Program-made: the position numbers and the translations under genes
The notes under the pieces: generated by a model
Told to the model about the DNA's origin: nothing
Seen by the model: the letters and a program-made list of their open reading frames with translations, nothing else
The model's database searches: none
Shown here: positions 1-9,781 of the stretch, piece by piece
Layout of the letters: each line of letters begins with the position of its first letter
Numbering within the stretch: position 1 is the stretch's first letter
Source: Myxococcota bacterium
Lineage (GTDB): Bacteria; Myxococcota_A; SURF-8; G963663525
Reading direction: 5' to 3'
Assembly (NCBI GenBank): GCA_963676915.2
Contig: CAXXVK010000011.1
Coordinates: forward strand, 73,805-137,804
DNA: 64,000 nt

Positions 1-718
1 CGGTTTCGATGGTCGCCAGTCCCTCTCCAAGGGCGAGAGCCAACTCCAGCGAATCCGCTAGACGGGAACGAATCGTGGGTTTCATGATCAGGCGATCCAG
101 GAAAACCTCGATGGTGTGCTTTTTTTGGCGATCAAGAGAAACGTCCGTTTCGGAAAGATCGACCATTTCTCCGTCGATACGTATACGCGGGTAGCCATCC
201 TGCACCAAGCGCTTCAATTCTTTCTGGTAACTTCCCTTTTTTCCTCGGATAAAAGGCGCAACGACGGAAAACCGCGTGCCTTCCTCCAATTCCATCGCCT
301 GATCTACCATCTGGTTGATGCTCATGGCGGTAATCGGCTGCCCGCAGGAGGGGCAAAAAGCCTCGCCGATACGTGCAAACAACAAGCGGAGGTAGTCGTA
401 GATTTCAGTGACGGTAGCAACGATGGAACGTGGGTTGCGGCTGGCGTTTTTCTGTTCGATGGAAATTGCCGGGGAAAGTCCCTCGATGTAATCGACATCC
501 GGCTTGTTCATTTGCTCCAGAAACTGGCGAGCGTAGGCCGACAGGGATTCCACATAGCGCCGTTGTCCCTCTGCATAGAGCGTATCGAAAGCCAGAGAAG
601 ATTTTCCTGACCCGGAAAGTCCTGTAATTACGATAAGTTTTTCTCGGGGTAACGTCAGATCGACGTTTTTCAGGTTGTGCTGACGCGCCCCTTTGATACG
701 GATGATTTCACTGGCCAC
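1..718 (-). CDS. uvrA: Excinuclease ABC subunit A, 5' part (runs off window start)
   Basis: Not in the ORF track. Manual translation from GTG at 718 gives (M)[66 protein letters not shown], the canonical UvrA N-terminus with Walker A. Confidence 0.96.
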   Translation of the reverse strand, partial: MASEIIRIKGARQHNLKNVDLTLPREKLIVITGLSGSGKSSLAFDTLYAEGQRRYVESLSAYARQFLEQMNKPDVDYIEGLSPAISIEQKNASRNPRSIVATVTEIYDYLRLLFARIGEAFCPSCGQPITAMSINQMVDQAMELEEGTRFSVVAPFIRGKKGSYQKELKRLVQDGYPRIRIDGEMVDLSETDVSLDRQKKHTIEVFLDRLIMKPTIRSRLADSLELALALGEGLATIET

Positions 719-752
719 AAGCTTGCCTTTCCACGGTTGCCGGTTGCGGTTC

Positions 753-771
753 TTCGTTCCACTGGAACGAA
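753..771. promoter_or_regulatory. Palindrome upstream of uvrA, candidate operator
   Basis: TTCGTTCCA-C-TGGAACGAA: perfect 9-bp inverted repeat 35-53 bp upstream of the uvrA start. Confidence 0.35.
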
Positions 772-1124
772 CCTATAAATTTAGACCATGCTCGGTGAAA
801 AGCAAGGGACAGGAGCGACAGGACTCCCCCCATTTTTTCAAAGCTTGTGTCCCATCATGGGTGCCACGGTCTTTGCCCGAAGGGCAATGGCCGTGAGATT
901 CCAGGTACTTGCACGGCCATCGATTCTTCCAATCGAAGACCGTGGCACCCTGAAGTTTTTATTTGTAAATAAGGTGCTTTTACAAGAAATAATCATTTTC
1001 ACTTTTGAAATTCGAAAAGCGCTGTATTTACTTCCAGATACAAAATCGCAATACGGTTTTTCGGGGGATGTCCTGACAAGAGCGAGGATTAAAGAAGCGA
1101 AAACAAAGAAAAATCTCAGCACAT

Positions 1125-1158
1125 AAAAAAGCCCGTAGAAAACAACCGTTCTACGGGC
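1125..1158 (-). terminator. Rho-independent terminator
   Basis: GCCCGTAGAA/TTCTACGGGC stem followed by a T6 tract on the minus strand, downstream of CDS 1195-1977. Confidence 0.75.
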
Positions 1159-1194
1159 ACTTACATCGTAAATTTGTTCGAGTGTAAAGAACGC

Positions 1195-1977
1195 TTAGTT
1201 GAACGTGATGCTCAAAACCGCGTTTTTATACTGTTCGTCCATATCTTTGATCAAAGCTTCTCGGTCTATGATCTGCTCGTCCCGTTCGTTGGTTACACGG
1301 ATTTTCCCGAGGTGGGTGTCGAAGTTCTGGTTGCCTTTGTAGGTCTTGACCACGAAACGGAAAAAGTCTTTGCTTTCAATGACGTGGCGAGCTTTTTTTC
1401 CTTTTTTCTTCGTGTAGAGCACGTACTGGTTGATCATCAGGCATTCGACCCGATCCGGCGAGGCATCGGAGACTTCGTAACAGTTCTTCTCGCCGTTCTC
1501 GCGGTTTTTCTTATTGAATTCAATGGTTTTGATGTCTTCCCAAGGCACGAAAAATTCGTTGCGGTCATAAGTGACCATCAAGCCTTCGCTAAGTTCCCAT
1601 TGAGGCTGTGCGCCATGGTCCGTAATTCCTTGAGCTACCAGGAAATTGACGATGGTCCCTTTCCAGATTTTCTTGTCCTTCAGTTTGATGCTGACTTTGA
1701 TGTTTCGTTTGTCCGGGGGGAACTGCGGTTCGGGCGCTTTGGCCGGTTCGGCGGCTTGTTCGGGTACCGCTTTTACGTCTGCGGCTGCAGCATCGGGCGT
1801 TGTTGCCGGTTCGGCTTTCGGCTCGGCTTTTTCAGCCGGTTGATTCAACATGGAATCCAACGAATTTTCGAATTCTTCCGCAGAAGGAGCGGCGACCCCT
1901 TCGTCGCTAGCGGCAAAAACCGGAAATGCGAGAATCAGAGAAAAGAGAATCGTTACAAAGCCTGCGGTAATTTTCAT
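1195..1977 (-). CDS. Secreted hypothetical protein with Ala/Pro/Glu-rich linker
   Basis: ATG 1977 preceded by AGGAGA; signal peptide MKITAGFVTILFSLILAFPVFA; followed by a terminator. Confidence 0.75.
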   Translation of the reverse strand: MKITAGFVTILFSLILAFPVFAASDEGVAAPSAEEFENSLDSMLNQPAEKAEPKAEPATTPDAAAADVKAVPEQAAEPAKAPEPQFPPDKRNIKVSIKLKDKKIWKGTIVNFLVAQGITDHGAQPQWELSEGLMVTYDRNEFFVPWEDIKTIEFNKKNRENGEKNCYEVSDASPDRVECLMINQYVLYTKKKGKKARHVIESKDFFRFVVKTYKGNQNFDTHLGKIRVTNERDEQIIDREALIKDMDEQYKNAVLSITFN

Positions 1978-2235
1978 GATCTTATCTCCTGTTGATCCGT
2001 CCCCTTTACGCCCCAACCTTAACGTCGGTTTCCCTTGGCTGTCAAGTTCGAAGCCACTCCCAAGAGCAATTGCAGAATTTGGAAACGTTCTCCCTTCTTG
2101 TAACCAATTATGTCCAATGGTATAAAAAAGGAAATTGTCCACCACCTAAAAATGAGATTCGTACCTCGGGAACGATGCGGGAAATCATGCTTTGTGCATT
2201 GGATCGGAATCCCAGACCTTCGAAGAGAGGAAAAC

Positions 2236-3399
2236 ATGATAAATACCACCCTTATTGATTCCTCAAACGACATCGTGTTGTCACCGTTCCAAGAAGAACA
2301 TATTGCTCCCATTCTTGAATTGATGAACCGGGAGGGCTGGTATTATTACGACCGAAACGAGCTGATGCGCTATTTGAAGCTTGGGGAAGAATGTTTCGTT
2401 CTGCTTTCCGGTAAAAACGTGATCGGTTGCCTGTTTACGACGAATTACGGAAATCAAGCCTGGTTGGGAAACATCATCGTAGCGGGAGCACCGGAAGCGG
2501 CGCAACGGTCGAGCGATTCCATTGGTTATCGTAACAGAGGTTACGCCGGGCGGATGATTCTCCATGCTATGGAAATTCTTGGGAAAAAAGGTGTCAAGAC
2601 CTTTCGTCTGGGTTCGGTGCCAACGGCTATCGGTGCGTATAAAAAGGTTGGTTTTCGAGCCGAATCGTTTACGACGGCCCAGGAGGCTTGGCTTCCTTTG
2701 ACGTTCCGGGACGATCCTCCCGAACTCGAACCTGGAGAAGTTGTCGAAACGATGACCGCCGAGGATGTGACCCAGGGTGTCGCACAACTCGATGGCACCT
2801 ATTTTCGTTCCAACCGCACCACGTTGCTTCAGGAATTGTATGCGGATTCCATTCGGGAGAGTTGCCTTTGTTTGAGGAAAAAGGACGACCTTTTGGGATT
2901 TGTCATGATTCGACGTCGTATGACGCTGAAAAAGGAAGGTGGTTTCGCCGAAGGACCGGATGCGGTTTATCGGTTGGGGCCATGCTGCATTCAACCGGAT
3001 GTCGGCATCAGGGGATTCAAGATCCTTTTTCAAAAAGCGATGAAAGCGGTTCATGCCGAACTCGAACACTTTGAGGGGCAAGCGAAACTCTACGTCGTGT
3101 TTCCGCAAAACGCCGTAAAAAGCAGAATATACGCAGCTTTCGAAGAGATGGGTGGGGCAGATCCTGATCGTGTGTTCAACGAACATGACCAACTCTTCGG
3201 TTCCACCGCTTCGACGAAAAACGACGAGTTATGGAAGGTCATGCAAGAGCTTGGATTTCAACAGGAATACTTCGAGCAGGTTATGAGCGTGACGCCCGGA
3301 GAACCCCCGGAATGTCCTCCGAGGGATCGTGTCGCGGTGCAGTCGCAGGCCGATCCTGAAGGAATCTTCGCTACGGCGACTCCGGGAGATAAAGCGTAA
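2236..3399 (+). CDS. GNAT family N-acetyltransferase (extended, probably tandem GNAT fold)
   Basis: ATG 2236 after GAGAGGAA; acetyl-CoA motif YRNRGYAG and AIGAYKKVGF. Confidence 0.75.
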   Translation: MINTTLIDSSNDIVLSPFQEEHIAPILELMNREGWYYYDRNELMRYLKLGEECFVLLSGKNVIGCLFTTNYGNQAWLGNIIVAGAPEAAQRSSDSIGYRNRGYAGRMILHAMEILGKKGVKTFRLGSVPTAIGAYKKVGFRAESFTTAQEAWLPLTFRDDPPELEPGEVVETMTAEDVTQGVAQLDGTYFRSNRTTLLQELYADSIRESCLCLRKKDDLLGFVMIRRRMTLKKEGGFAEGPDAVYRLGPCCIQPDVGIRGFKILFQKAMKAVHAELEHFEGQAKLYVVFPQNAVKSRIYAAFEEMGGADPDRVFNEHDQLFGSTASTKNDELWKVMQELGFQQEYFEQVMSVTPGEPPECPPRDRVAVQSQADPEGIFATATPGDKA

Positions 3400-3433
3400 C
3401 GGTTTGGTAAAAATGCAATAAATTCGGGAAAAC

Positions 3434-4075
3434 TTACGAACGTTTGTTTTTCATGGCACGGAAAAAGCCAAGAAAATAGTCTCCCGCCGAGGTGACCGAG
3501 AAGAAAAAGGCGAAGTACAGCAGGACCAGCCCTACGGTGTGCAGGTTGACTTCGCTTTCCCAGAAACCGAGGTTGATGATGTACGAACTGTGCACGATCA
3601 TCGCGGCCAAACCACTGAGTTGAAAGGCGGTTTTATATTTTCCCAAAGAACGGGCGGCGATGACCAGCCCTTCCGAAGACGCAATGGCCCGTAAGCCGGT
3701 AATGGTGATTTCCCGCGCCATCAGGATCACCGCAAGCCATAGGGGTACGCGCTCCATATTCAATAGCACCAGCAAAACGGCCAGCACGATCAGTTTGTCG
3801 GCCAGTGGATCGAGAAATTTCCCGATCACCGAAATCTGGTTCAATTTCCTGGCGAGAAAGCCGTCCAGAAAATCGGTTGCAGCGGCAAGACCGAACGTTA
3901 AGGCGGCAATAAAAGAAGCCAGCGGAGTGTCCACCATCATCAAGGCGCAAACCACCGGCACGGCGAAAATCCTACCCAAAGTCAACAGGTTGGGGAGGTT
4001 CGTCAATTCTCCCAGCAGGGAAGGGGAGTTTTTCGGAGTCGAAGACTCATTGTTTTTCGTGTGGTTCTCTTCCAT
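3434..4075 (-). CDS. pgsA: CDP-diacylglycerol--glycerol-3-phosphate 3-phosphatidyltransferase
   Basis: NLPNLLTLGR, TDFLDGFLARKLNQISVIGKFLDPLADK (CDP-alcohol phosphotransferase motif), GKYKTAFQ. Start estimated. Confidence 0.92.
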   Translation of the reverse strand: MEENHTKNNESSTPKNSPSLLGELTNLPNLLTLGRIFAVPVVCALMMVDTPLASFIAALTFGLAAATDFLDGFLARKLNQISVIGKFLDPLADKLIVLAVLLVLLNMERVPLWLAVILMAREITITGLRAIASSEGLVIAARSLGKYKTAFQLSGLAAMIVHSSYIINLGFWESEVNLHTVGLVLLYFAFFFSVTSAGDYFLGFFRAMKNKRS

Positions 4076-4399
4076 GAACCTTGCCATAGCACCAGTTTGC
4101 CGCTTAAGCAATAGTCGGGTGGAGATTTTTACAAGCTTTAACATTTCGACCGTTTTTGATTTTGTTGAAAGATTGACGAAACGCGGTCTTGTTTGGAATA
4201 CCGTTTCCAAGAATGAATACATGTCTGGAGTACTGATAAATTTTTGTGAAGGGAAGGTGGCGGAATCCTTCATGTCTTTTCCGCTTGACGTAGAAGACGG
4301 GCCGCCTTACTTTTGAACAACCAAAGCCATATCGACCCGTATGGGGACATTTTTCCGGGAGAGCCGTGGTTCGGCTGTTCCATGAAAGGTCATTGAACG

Positions 4400-5752
4400 A
4401 TGGGAAACGAATCTCAGGACAAGCGCATCGCGCAAGCCAACAAGCCGTTTGAAGACGCCAACCGGCTTCATCCATACTATCGCGGCAAACTCGAAGTACA
4501 GCCCAAATGCCGCATTCGCGATTTCAACGATTTTGCCATCTGGTATTCACCCGGTGTGGCCGCTCCCTGCCGCGAAATCGAGGCCGACCCGGAAAAAGCC
4601 TACGAAATGACCTCCAAATGGAATTACGTCGGCGTGGTTTCCGACGGTACCCGCGTGCTGGGACTGGGGGATATCGGTCCGTTGGCCGGTTTGCCTGTGA
4701 TGGAAGGCAAAGCTATTCTTTTCAAATACTTGGGTGCCGTAGACGCCTTCCCGATCATGCTGGATACCAAAGATCCGGACAAATTTATCGAAACGGTCAA
4801 GATCCTGCAACCGACCTTCGGCGGCTTCAACCTCGAAGACATCGCGCAGCCCAAATGTTTCCGTATTCTTGATACCTTACGTTCGGAGTGCGACATTCCT
4901 GTCTGGCACGATGACCAGCAGGGAACGGCAGCGATTCTGCTTTCGGGGCTTTACAATGCGGCGAAAGTCGCCGGTCGGACTTTCGAAGACCTGACCATTG
5001 CGATGGTCGGCGCCGGAGCCGCCAACGTGCGGTTTGCAGCCTTGCTGGAAACGGCCGGAATCAAAATGGAAAACATGGTTGTTTGCGATTCTCGGGGAAC
5101 GTTGCATACGGACCGCGAAGACCGCGAGCGGCTGCAAAGCCAATATCCCGAAAAGTGGTGGTTATGCCAACGCACCAACCCGAAACGCATCAAGGGGGGA
5201 ATTCCTGAAGCGATGAAAGACCGGGACTTCGTGGTGTCGCTTTCCACACCGGGACCGGGAATTATCCAACCGGACTGGATCAAAACCATGAACCCCGATC
5301 CCATCGTGTTCGCCTGCGCCAATCCCACACCGGAAATCTGGCCTTGGGAAGCCAAGGAAGCCGGGGCCAAAGTCGTCGCCACCGGTCGCAGCGATTTTCC
5401 GAACCAGGTCAACAACTCCATGGGATTCCCGGCGATTTTCCGAGGGACGTTGGATGTCCGGGCCAAGACGATCACCGATAACATGTGCATCGCCGCCGCC
5501 AAAGAGTTGGCGCGTTTCGCCGAAGAAAAAGGCATTCACGAAGACTATATCGTTCCTACCATGGACGAGTGGGAAGTCTATCCTCGCGAAGCTGCCGCCG
5601 TGGGAATGCAGGCCGTGGCCGATGGCGTGGCCGGGGTTACGGACGCAACCTTTGAAAGCCTCCAGGCTAATGCGACCGAAATGATTCTGGAATCCAGGAA
5701 CAAATTCCAGACCCTGCAACGGGAATTCATTACCGATCCCGACGCCGAGTGA
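4400..5752 (+). CDS. NAD(P)-dependent malic enzyme
   Basis: WYSPGVA, VVSDGTRVLGLGDIG, PVMEGKAILFK, NLEDI, HDDQQGTA, GAGAA, ATGRSDFPNQVNN. Confidence 0.95.
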   Translation: MGNESQDKRIAQANKPFEDANRLHPYYRGKLEVQPKCRIRDFNDFAIWYSPGVAAPCREIEADPEKAYEMTSKWNYVGVVSDGTRVLGLGDIGPLAGLPVMEGKAILFKYLGAVDAFPIMLDTKDPDKFIETVKILQPTFGGFNLEDIAQPKCFRILDTLRSECDIPVWHDDQQGTAAILLSGLYNAAKVAGRTFEDLTIAMVGAGAANVRFAALLETAGIKMENMVVCDSRGTLHTDREDRERLQSQYPEKWWLCQRTNPKRIKGGIPEAMKDRDFVVSLSTPGPGIIQPDWIKTMNPDPIVFACANPTPEIWPWEAKEAGAKVVATGRSDFPNQVNNSMGFPAIFRGTLDVRAKTITDNMCIAAAKELARFAEEKGIHEDYIVPTMDEWEVYPREAAAVGMQAVADGVAGVTDATFESLQANATEMILESRNKFQTLQREFITDPDAE

Positions 5753-5764
5753 ACCTTTTCATCG

Positions 5765-6427
5765 TTATTCGATCCAGTCGGAGATGTCTGTCAGCGCTTT
5801 ACGAGTAATATCGGGAACCTGGCAGTTTTCCGCCGGATATCCGACTGGGAGAATCATGAGCGGAACCTCGTTCTCCGGGCGTCCCAGAATAGAACGAAGG
5901 AAGTTCATCGGACGTGGTGTATAGGTCAGTGTGACCAGACCTGAAAGGTGAATAGCCGAAAGCAACAGACCTATCGCCAGGCAAGCCGAGGTGTGTGAAT
6001 AATAGACCTTTTCACCACGATCCCCGCGCTGCAAACGAAATGCTACGACCAACCAAGGGGCGTCTTCTAAAAACGGCTTTTCGGGTCCGAGTCCCAGAGG
6101 GGCGATATCCTGAAGCATTTCAGAATGTTCGGTGCTTTCAAACAGCTTGCGTTCCACCGACTCACAAGCTTTGCGAATGGTGCGTTTGGTTTCCAGGTCG
6201 GATACGCAAACGAAGCGCCAAGGCTGGCGATTGGCACCACTGGGTGCCGATCCGGCGCAGCGGATGAGGTTTTCCATGGTTTCCTTCGAAACCGGTCGAT
6301 CCGAAAAATGACGGATACTTCGACGCAATGCCACCGTTTCGAAGGTTTGACGACTGAGCCTTTCCGGTGGATCTTTCGGAGAATAGCAACGAAATGCTCT
6401 GGAATTTCGATTGGTTGTGTTATTCAT
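5765..6427 (-). CDS. Nitroreductase family, iodotyrosine deiodinase (IYD)-like
   Basis: RRSIRHFS, APSGANRQPW, KPFLEDAP, KVYY, GLVTLTYTP, LGRPENE, PVGYP..VPDITRK match the IYD subfamily layout. Confidence 0.8.
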   Translation of the reverse strand: MNNTTNRNSRAFRCYSPKDPPERLSRQTFETVALRRSIRHFSDRPVSKETMENLIRCAGSAPSGANRQPWRFVCVSDLETKRTIRKACESVERKLFESTEHSEMLQDIAPLGLGPEKPFLEDAPWLVVAFRLQRGDRGEKVYYSHTSACLAIGLLLSAIHLSGLVTLTYTPRPMNFLRSILGRPENEVPLMILPVGYPAENCQVPDITRKALTDISDWIE

Positions 6428-7842
6428 CGTTCGGTTTCACTCAAATCGACGAACGTACCTTTGATGGTGAAATCCGGATTGCTGCCTTCCGACCATGCCA
6501 CGAAATAGATGTCGTCTTTGATATAGGTAATGGCCGGTTGATAGGGGGCGACTGAAACGGAATTCACGCGGATCGATTCCGAGAATTTTTCAAAGCTCGA
6601 TCCGTTTCTTGCAAAACCACGGATGGTTACGTAGTAGCCTGATCCCGATTCCGAACTGTAATACACTGCCGCACCGCCATCAGGAGACGCTGCGAGTGAG
6701 GGGGAGAACTCGTTTTCGCCGCTGGAAGCCAGCCTTACATTCGTGGAACCGCTGTTTTTCTTCGAAGCATCGATGAGTACGACGTCTCCTTCGTCTGCAC
6801 CCAATGTGCCAAAGGCAAGGTACACGGGACTGTTTTCGTCGCGATAGGCTGCGAACGACGGTCCTGCTCCACCGTTTTCCGTTCGGCTGTCGTATGCGGT
6901 TTCGGAAAGGGGCATCGATGCACCGTAGGGAATCACGTTGTATTGGATGAAATCCTCGTCATCCTCCCAGGCGACATACAGATTGCCAAAGAGATCCGCA
7001 CCCGCGTCCGGGAAGACCTGCGACGTGGAGTCGTCGAAATGCAGTTTCACAACGGACTCGACGGTTTCTCCATCGGAGTCGATCACCTGGGAAAAGGCTT
7101 GCCATTTCCCATAATTTTCTTCACTGATCGTGTCCGGGTCGGCCCATGAACCGACCACGGCGAAGCGGTCGTTCGGTAGGGCGACGACTTTGGCCATCCA
7201 GGCGTTGATGCTTTCATTTTCATCGCTTCGTACCGGATGCAGGGTGCGGTCTTCGTCCATGATCGGTGTGCCGTCGAAACTATAGGTTCTGTAGTGGATG
7301 GATAGATTGTTGGGAGATTCGCCGTTGTCCGACTGCCAGACGAACGCCACGCGGTCGGCGGCAAGGTCGAGATCCGGTTCTGTTTCGTTGAAATCCGCCG
7401 TATTGACTTTGAACGGTGCAACGAGCGTCTGGCCGTCCAGGGCGATGCGGGTAGCGTACACGTCGAATGTGTTCTGTTCATCCGGGCGGTTGTAGACGAT
7501 CCAGACGCCTACGCCATCGAAACGCACCGTAACGTGAATCTGGCAACTTCGGCCTGCGGCGTCGAGATCGAACACCTGTCCGGTAACCGGCTCGATTTCC
7601 GATGTGAAAGCAATGGGTTCCAAGGTCGCGGGCGGTTCTTCTTCTTCGGCTTCTACTTCGGATTCCACTGGTTCGGCGTCCATGTCTCCGGGAAGAGGCT
7701 CGGATTCTTCGACTTCTGCTATGGAATCCGTGTCGCTATCGCCATCCTGTTGTGACGTGGTGTTATCGTCGCTACCACAACCATACAGCGGAAGAAAAAG
7801 ACAAACAGCCACGATCAATAACAAAATTCGTACGCTCGGCAT
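6424..7842 (-). CDS. Lipoprotein with acidic tether and predicted beta-propeller-like domain
   Basis: ATG 7842 after AAGGAG; lipobox LYGC; repeated P-x-x-A...F/YVxW blades; stop overlaps the start of the IYD-like gene (ATGA). Confidence 0.75.
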   Translation of the reverse strand: MPSVRILLLIVAVCLFLPLYGCGSDDNTTSQQDGDSDTDSIAEVEESEPLPGDMDAEPVESEVEAEEEEPPATLEPIAFTSEIEPVTGQVFDLDAAGRSCQIHVTVRFDGVGVWIVYNRPDEQNTFDVYATRIALDGQTLVAPFKVNTADFNETEPDLDLAADRVAFVWQSDNGESPNNLSIHYRTYSFDGTPIMDEDRTLHPVRSDENESINAWMAKVVALPNDRFAVVGSWADPDTISEENYGKWQAFSQVIDSDGETVESVVKLHFDDSTSQVFPDAGADLFGNLYVAWEDDEDFIQYNVIPYGASMPLSETAYDSRTENGGAGPSFAAYRDENSPVYLAFGTLGADEGDVVLIDASKKNSGSTNVRLASSGENEFSPSLAASPDGGAAVYYSSESGSGYYVTIRGFARNGSSFEKFSESIRVNSVSVAPYQPAITYIKDDIYFVAWSEGSNPDFTIKGTFVDLSETER

Positions 7843-8005
7843 CGTCAACAGCTCCTTCGAACGAAGATTAAAAAAACAGCACATTGTACCTGGATTTCGC
7901 AAAAGATCGCGAATTTTCCCGATTTTATCCGATGTTGCCGGTGTTTTTAGGGAAAGCAACGATCTGTGGGGAGTTTTGTATAATTTCGTGCAGATAAAAG
8001 CGTTT

Positions 8006-8755
8006 TTATCCGAAATCGCTGGTGTCGAGGAGGCGGTTGCGTTCCTGAAGTTGCCTGCGGAAGATGAAATTGACGACCTGGCACCGGTCGGACTCGGAAA
8101 TACCGACGAATTTGATGCGCACGATGTATTTTTTCAACGTACCGTCCTGGACTGGTTGATCTCCTACAACGCGCCCCGCGATATTCAGTTTGGAATTTTG
8201 CAACTGAATTTCCAAATAGAGTTCTTGCCCGGCTTTCAGCGGCTGATCGAGCATCAAGGCAATACCGCCGCCGCTGATATCGCGACTTTGAGCGGTTTCC
8301 CCTTCGGCGTCGCACAGAGCGGACCACTGCTTCTGGCTTTTCGTACGTAAAGCAAAGCCGTCGAGGTAGTGATCGGGGATTTTTACGGGAACGAAACGGA
8401 CGTTCAGATGGGTTCCGATACGGAAAAATTCGCGATCCACCTGCTCGATAGGCACAAGCGGTTGTCCCAACTCCAGCAGTACGCTGCGTTCTCCGGTGGT
8501 ATCGGTGCTCAACTCGATGCCTTCGATACGAAACGTTCCAAGTTGAACGATGTTTTGCCGAAGGTATTCGACAAGGACTCTTTTTCCAGGTTGCAGCGCC
8601 TGCGGGGTAATCGCCTCCGGCAAGAACACCACAAGGTTCTTTAAGGATGCCGTATGGTGAGCTTTCGCACCCACTTGCAGGTAATACCCAGCCGTGCATT
8701 CAATCGTCAGGGCAACGAGTTGATCGTTTTTCGGAACTGCAAACTCGTGAGGCAT
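8006..8755 (-). CDS. PilZ-domain c-di-GMP-binding protein (YcgR-like architecture)
   Basis: REFFR (RxxxR) and DISGGG (DxSxxG) motifs; C-terminal FIFRRQ helix. Confidence 0.85.
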   Translation of the reverse strand: MPHEFAVPKNDQLVALTIECTAGYYLQVGAKAHHTASLKNLVVFLPEAITPQALQPGKRVLVEYLRQNIVQLGTFRIEGIELSTDTTGERSVLLELGQPLVPIEQVDREFFRIGTHLNVRFVPVKIPDHYLDGFALRTKSQKQWSALCDAEGETAQSRDISGGGIALMLDQPLKAGQELYLEIQLQNSKLNIAGRVVGDQPVQDGTLKKYIVRIKFVGISESDRCQVVNFIFRRQLQERNRLLDTSDFG

Positions 8756-9218
8756 AAAACTTCTTCCAGGTCGATCTTGAAACGTCGGTTTCTAGTTTGA
8801 TTTCTTTGACTCGGAACGAAGGACGATGGCGTATCAATCCATCCTCGGAACGAAAACGAAATCATTCCTTCGTACCTGTTTTCTTTTTACACTCGAAACG
8901 ATTCGTTTGCAAACGATCGTCTTTCATGCCTACGAAAACATGCGTCAAATTCAGTCAAACGGGAATCGTTTCCCCACGATGTTTTTCAAAATGCCGAATT
9001 GTCCGTGCCAGGAGACTTCCTGTTTCCTCGCCTGAATCATTCATGAAGAATCACCTACGACTTGAAAACTCTCGATGTTTCACTCGTTTCCCGATTTTCA
9101 TCCTCGACAGACTATTGAGTATGCCTGCGGGTGAAATTCGCTCCAACTTCGTGAAACATCTTCGGTTTTCGGCGTCTCGCAACGATTCTCACGAATGTTC
9201 CAGGCCGCACGGACGATT

Positions 9219-9629
9219 TCAGGCTACCTTGAAAAGCATTCGCAGATAACTATCGCTTGCCGACATTCCATCATGCTCTTCTCGTTTAGAACTGGATGAT
9301 GGCTCGACGGAAGCAGTCAGCGCTTGAACGGCGCTTTTTCCTCCCGGCAATTTGCGCATCTGTTCCAATCCAAACTGGAACTCGGTGGACACCCGTTCGT
9401 ATTCCTGCGCAAGACTCTGGCATTCCGCATACTTGCGTTCCAGTTCCTTGCCGAACGATGCCTTGAGTTCATCGGACCAGTGGGTGGACTGGTACATCAT
9501 CCTCGCCGCCGAACGATAGGCATTGAGAGAACTTACGAGCGCATTGAGTTTCAACTCGCACTCGGCGTGCAACCGGAGAAAACTTTCCGGATTGCGACTG
9601 GGCTTCTTTTTCCTGAAGTTTCCGAACAT
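9219..9629 (-). CDS. Hypothetical helical protein
   Basis: ATG after AGGAGA RBS; 136-aa ORF with helical pattern; no family recognised. Confidence 0.55.
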   Translation of the reverse strand: MFGNFRKKKPSRNPESFLRLHAECELKLNALVSSLNAYRSAARMMYQSTHWSDELKASFGKELERKYAECQSLAQEYERVSTEFQFGLEQMRKLPGGKSAVQALTASVEPSSSSKREEHDGMSASDSYLRMLFKVA

Positions 9630-9781
9630 GACAATCTCCTTGCAATCCTTTGCAAACTACTAAACATCCGTGTCATCAAATCCAATCGGTTCGTAGTGGA
9701 GATCCTGAAACAGGAAATTTCAGGTTTTGTGTCGGTTGAGTAGGGAAAAAGTGGAATGTAGATATTATAATTTACCAAAGA

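Noticed and set aside
8756-9218. c-di-GMP riboswitch or small gene upstream of the PilZ gene
   Set aside because: No GEMM-type consensus recognised; only short scattered AAACGA words; the ORFs there lack convincing coding features.
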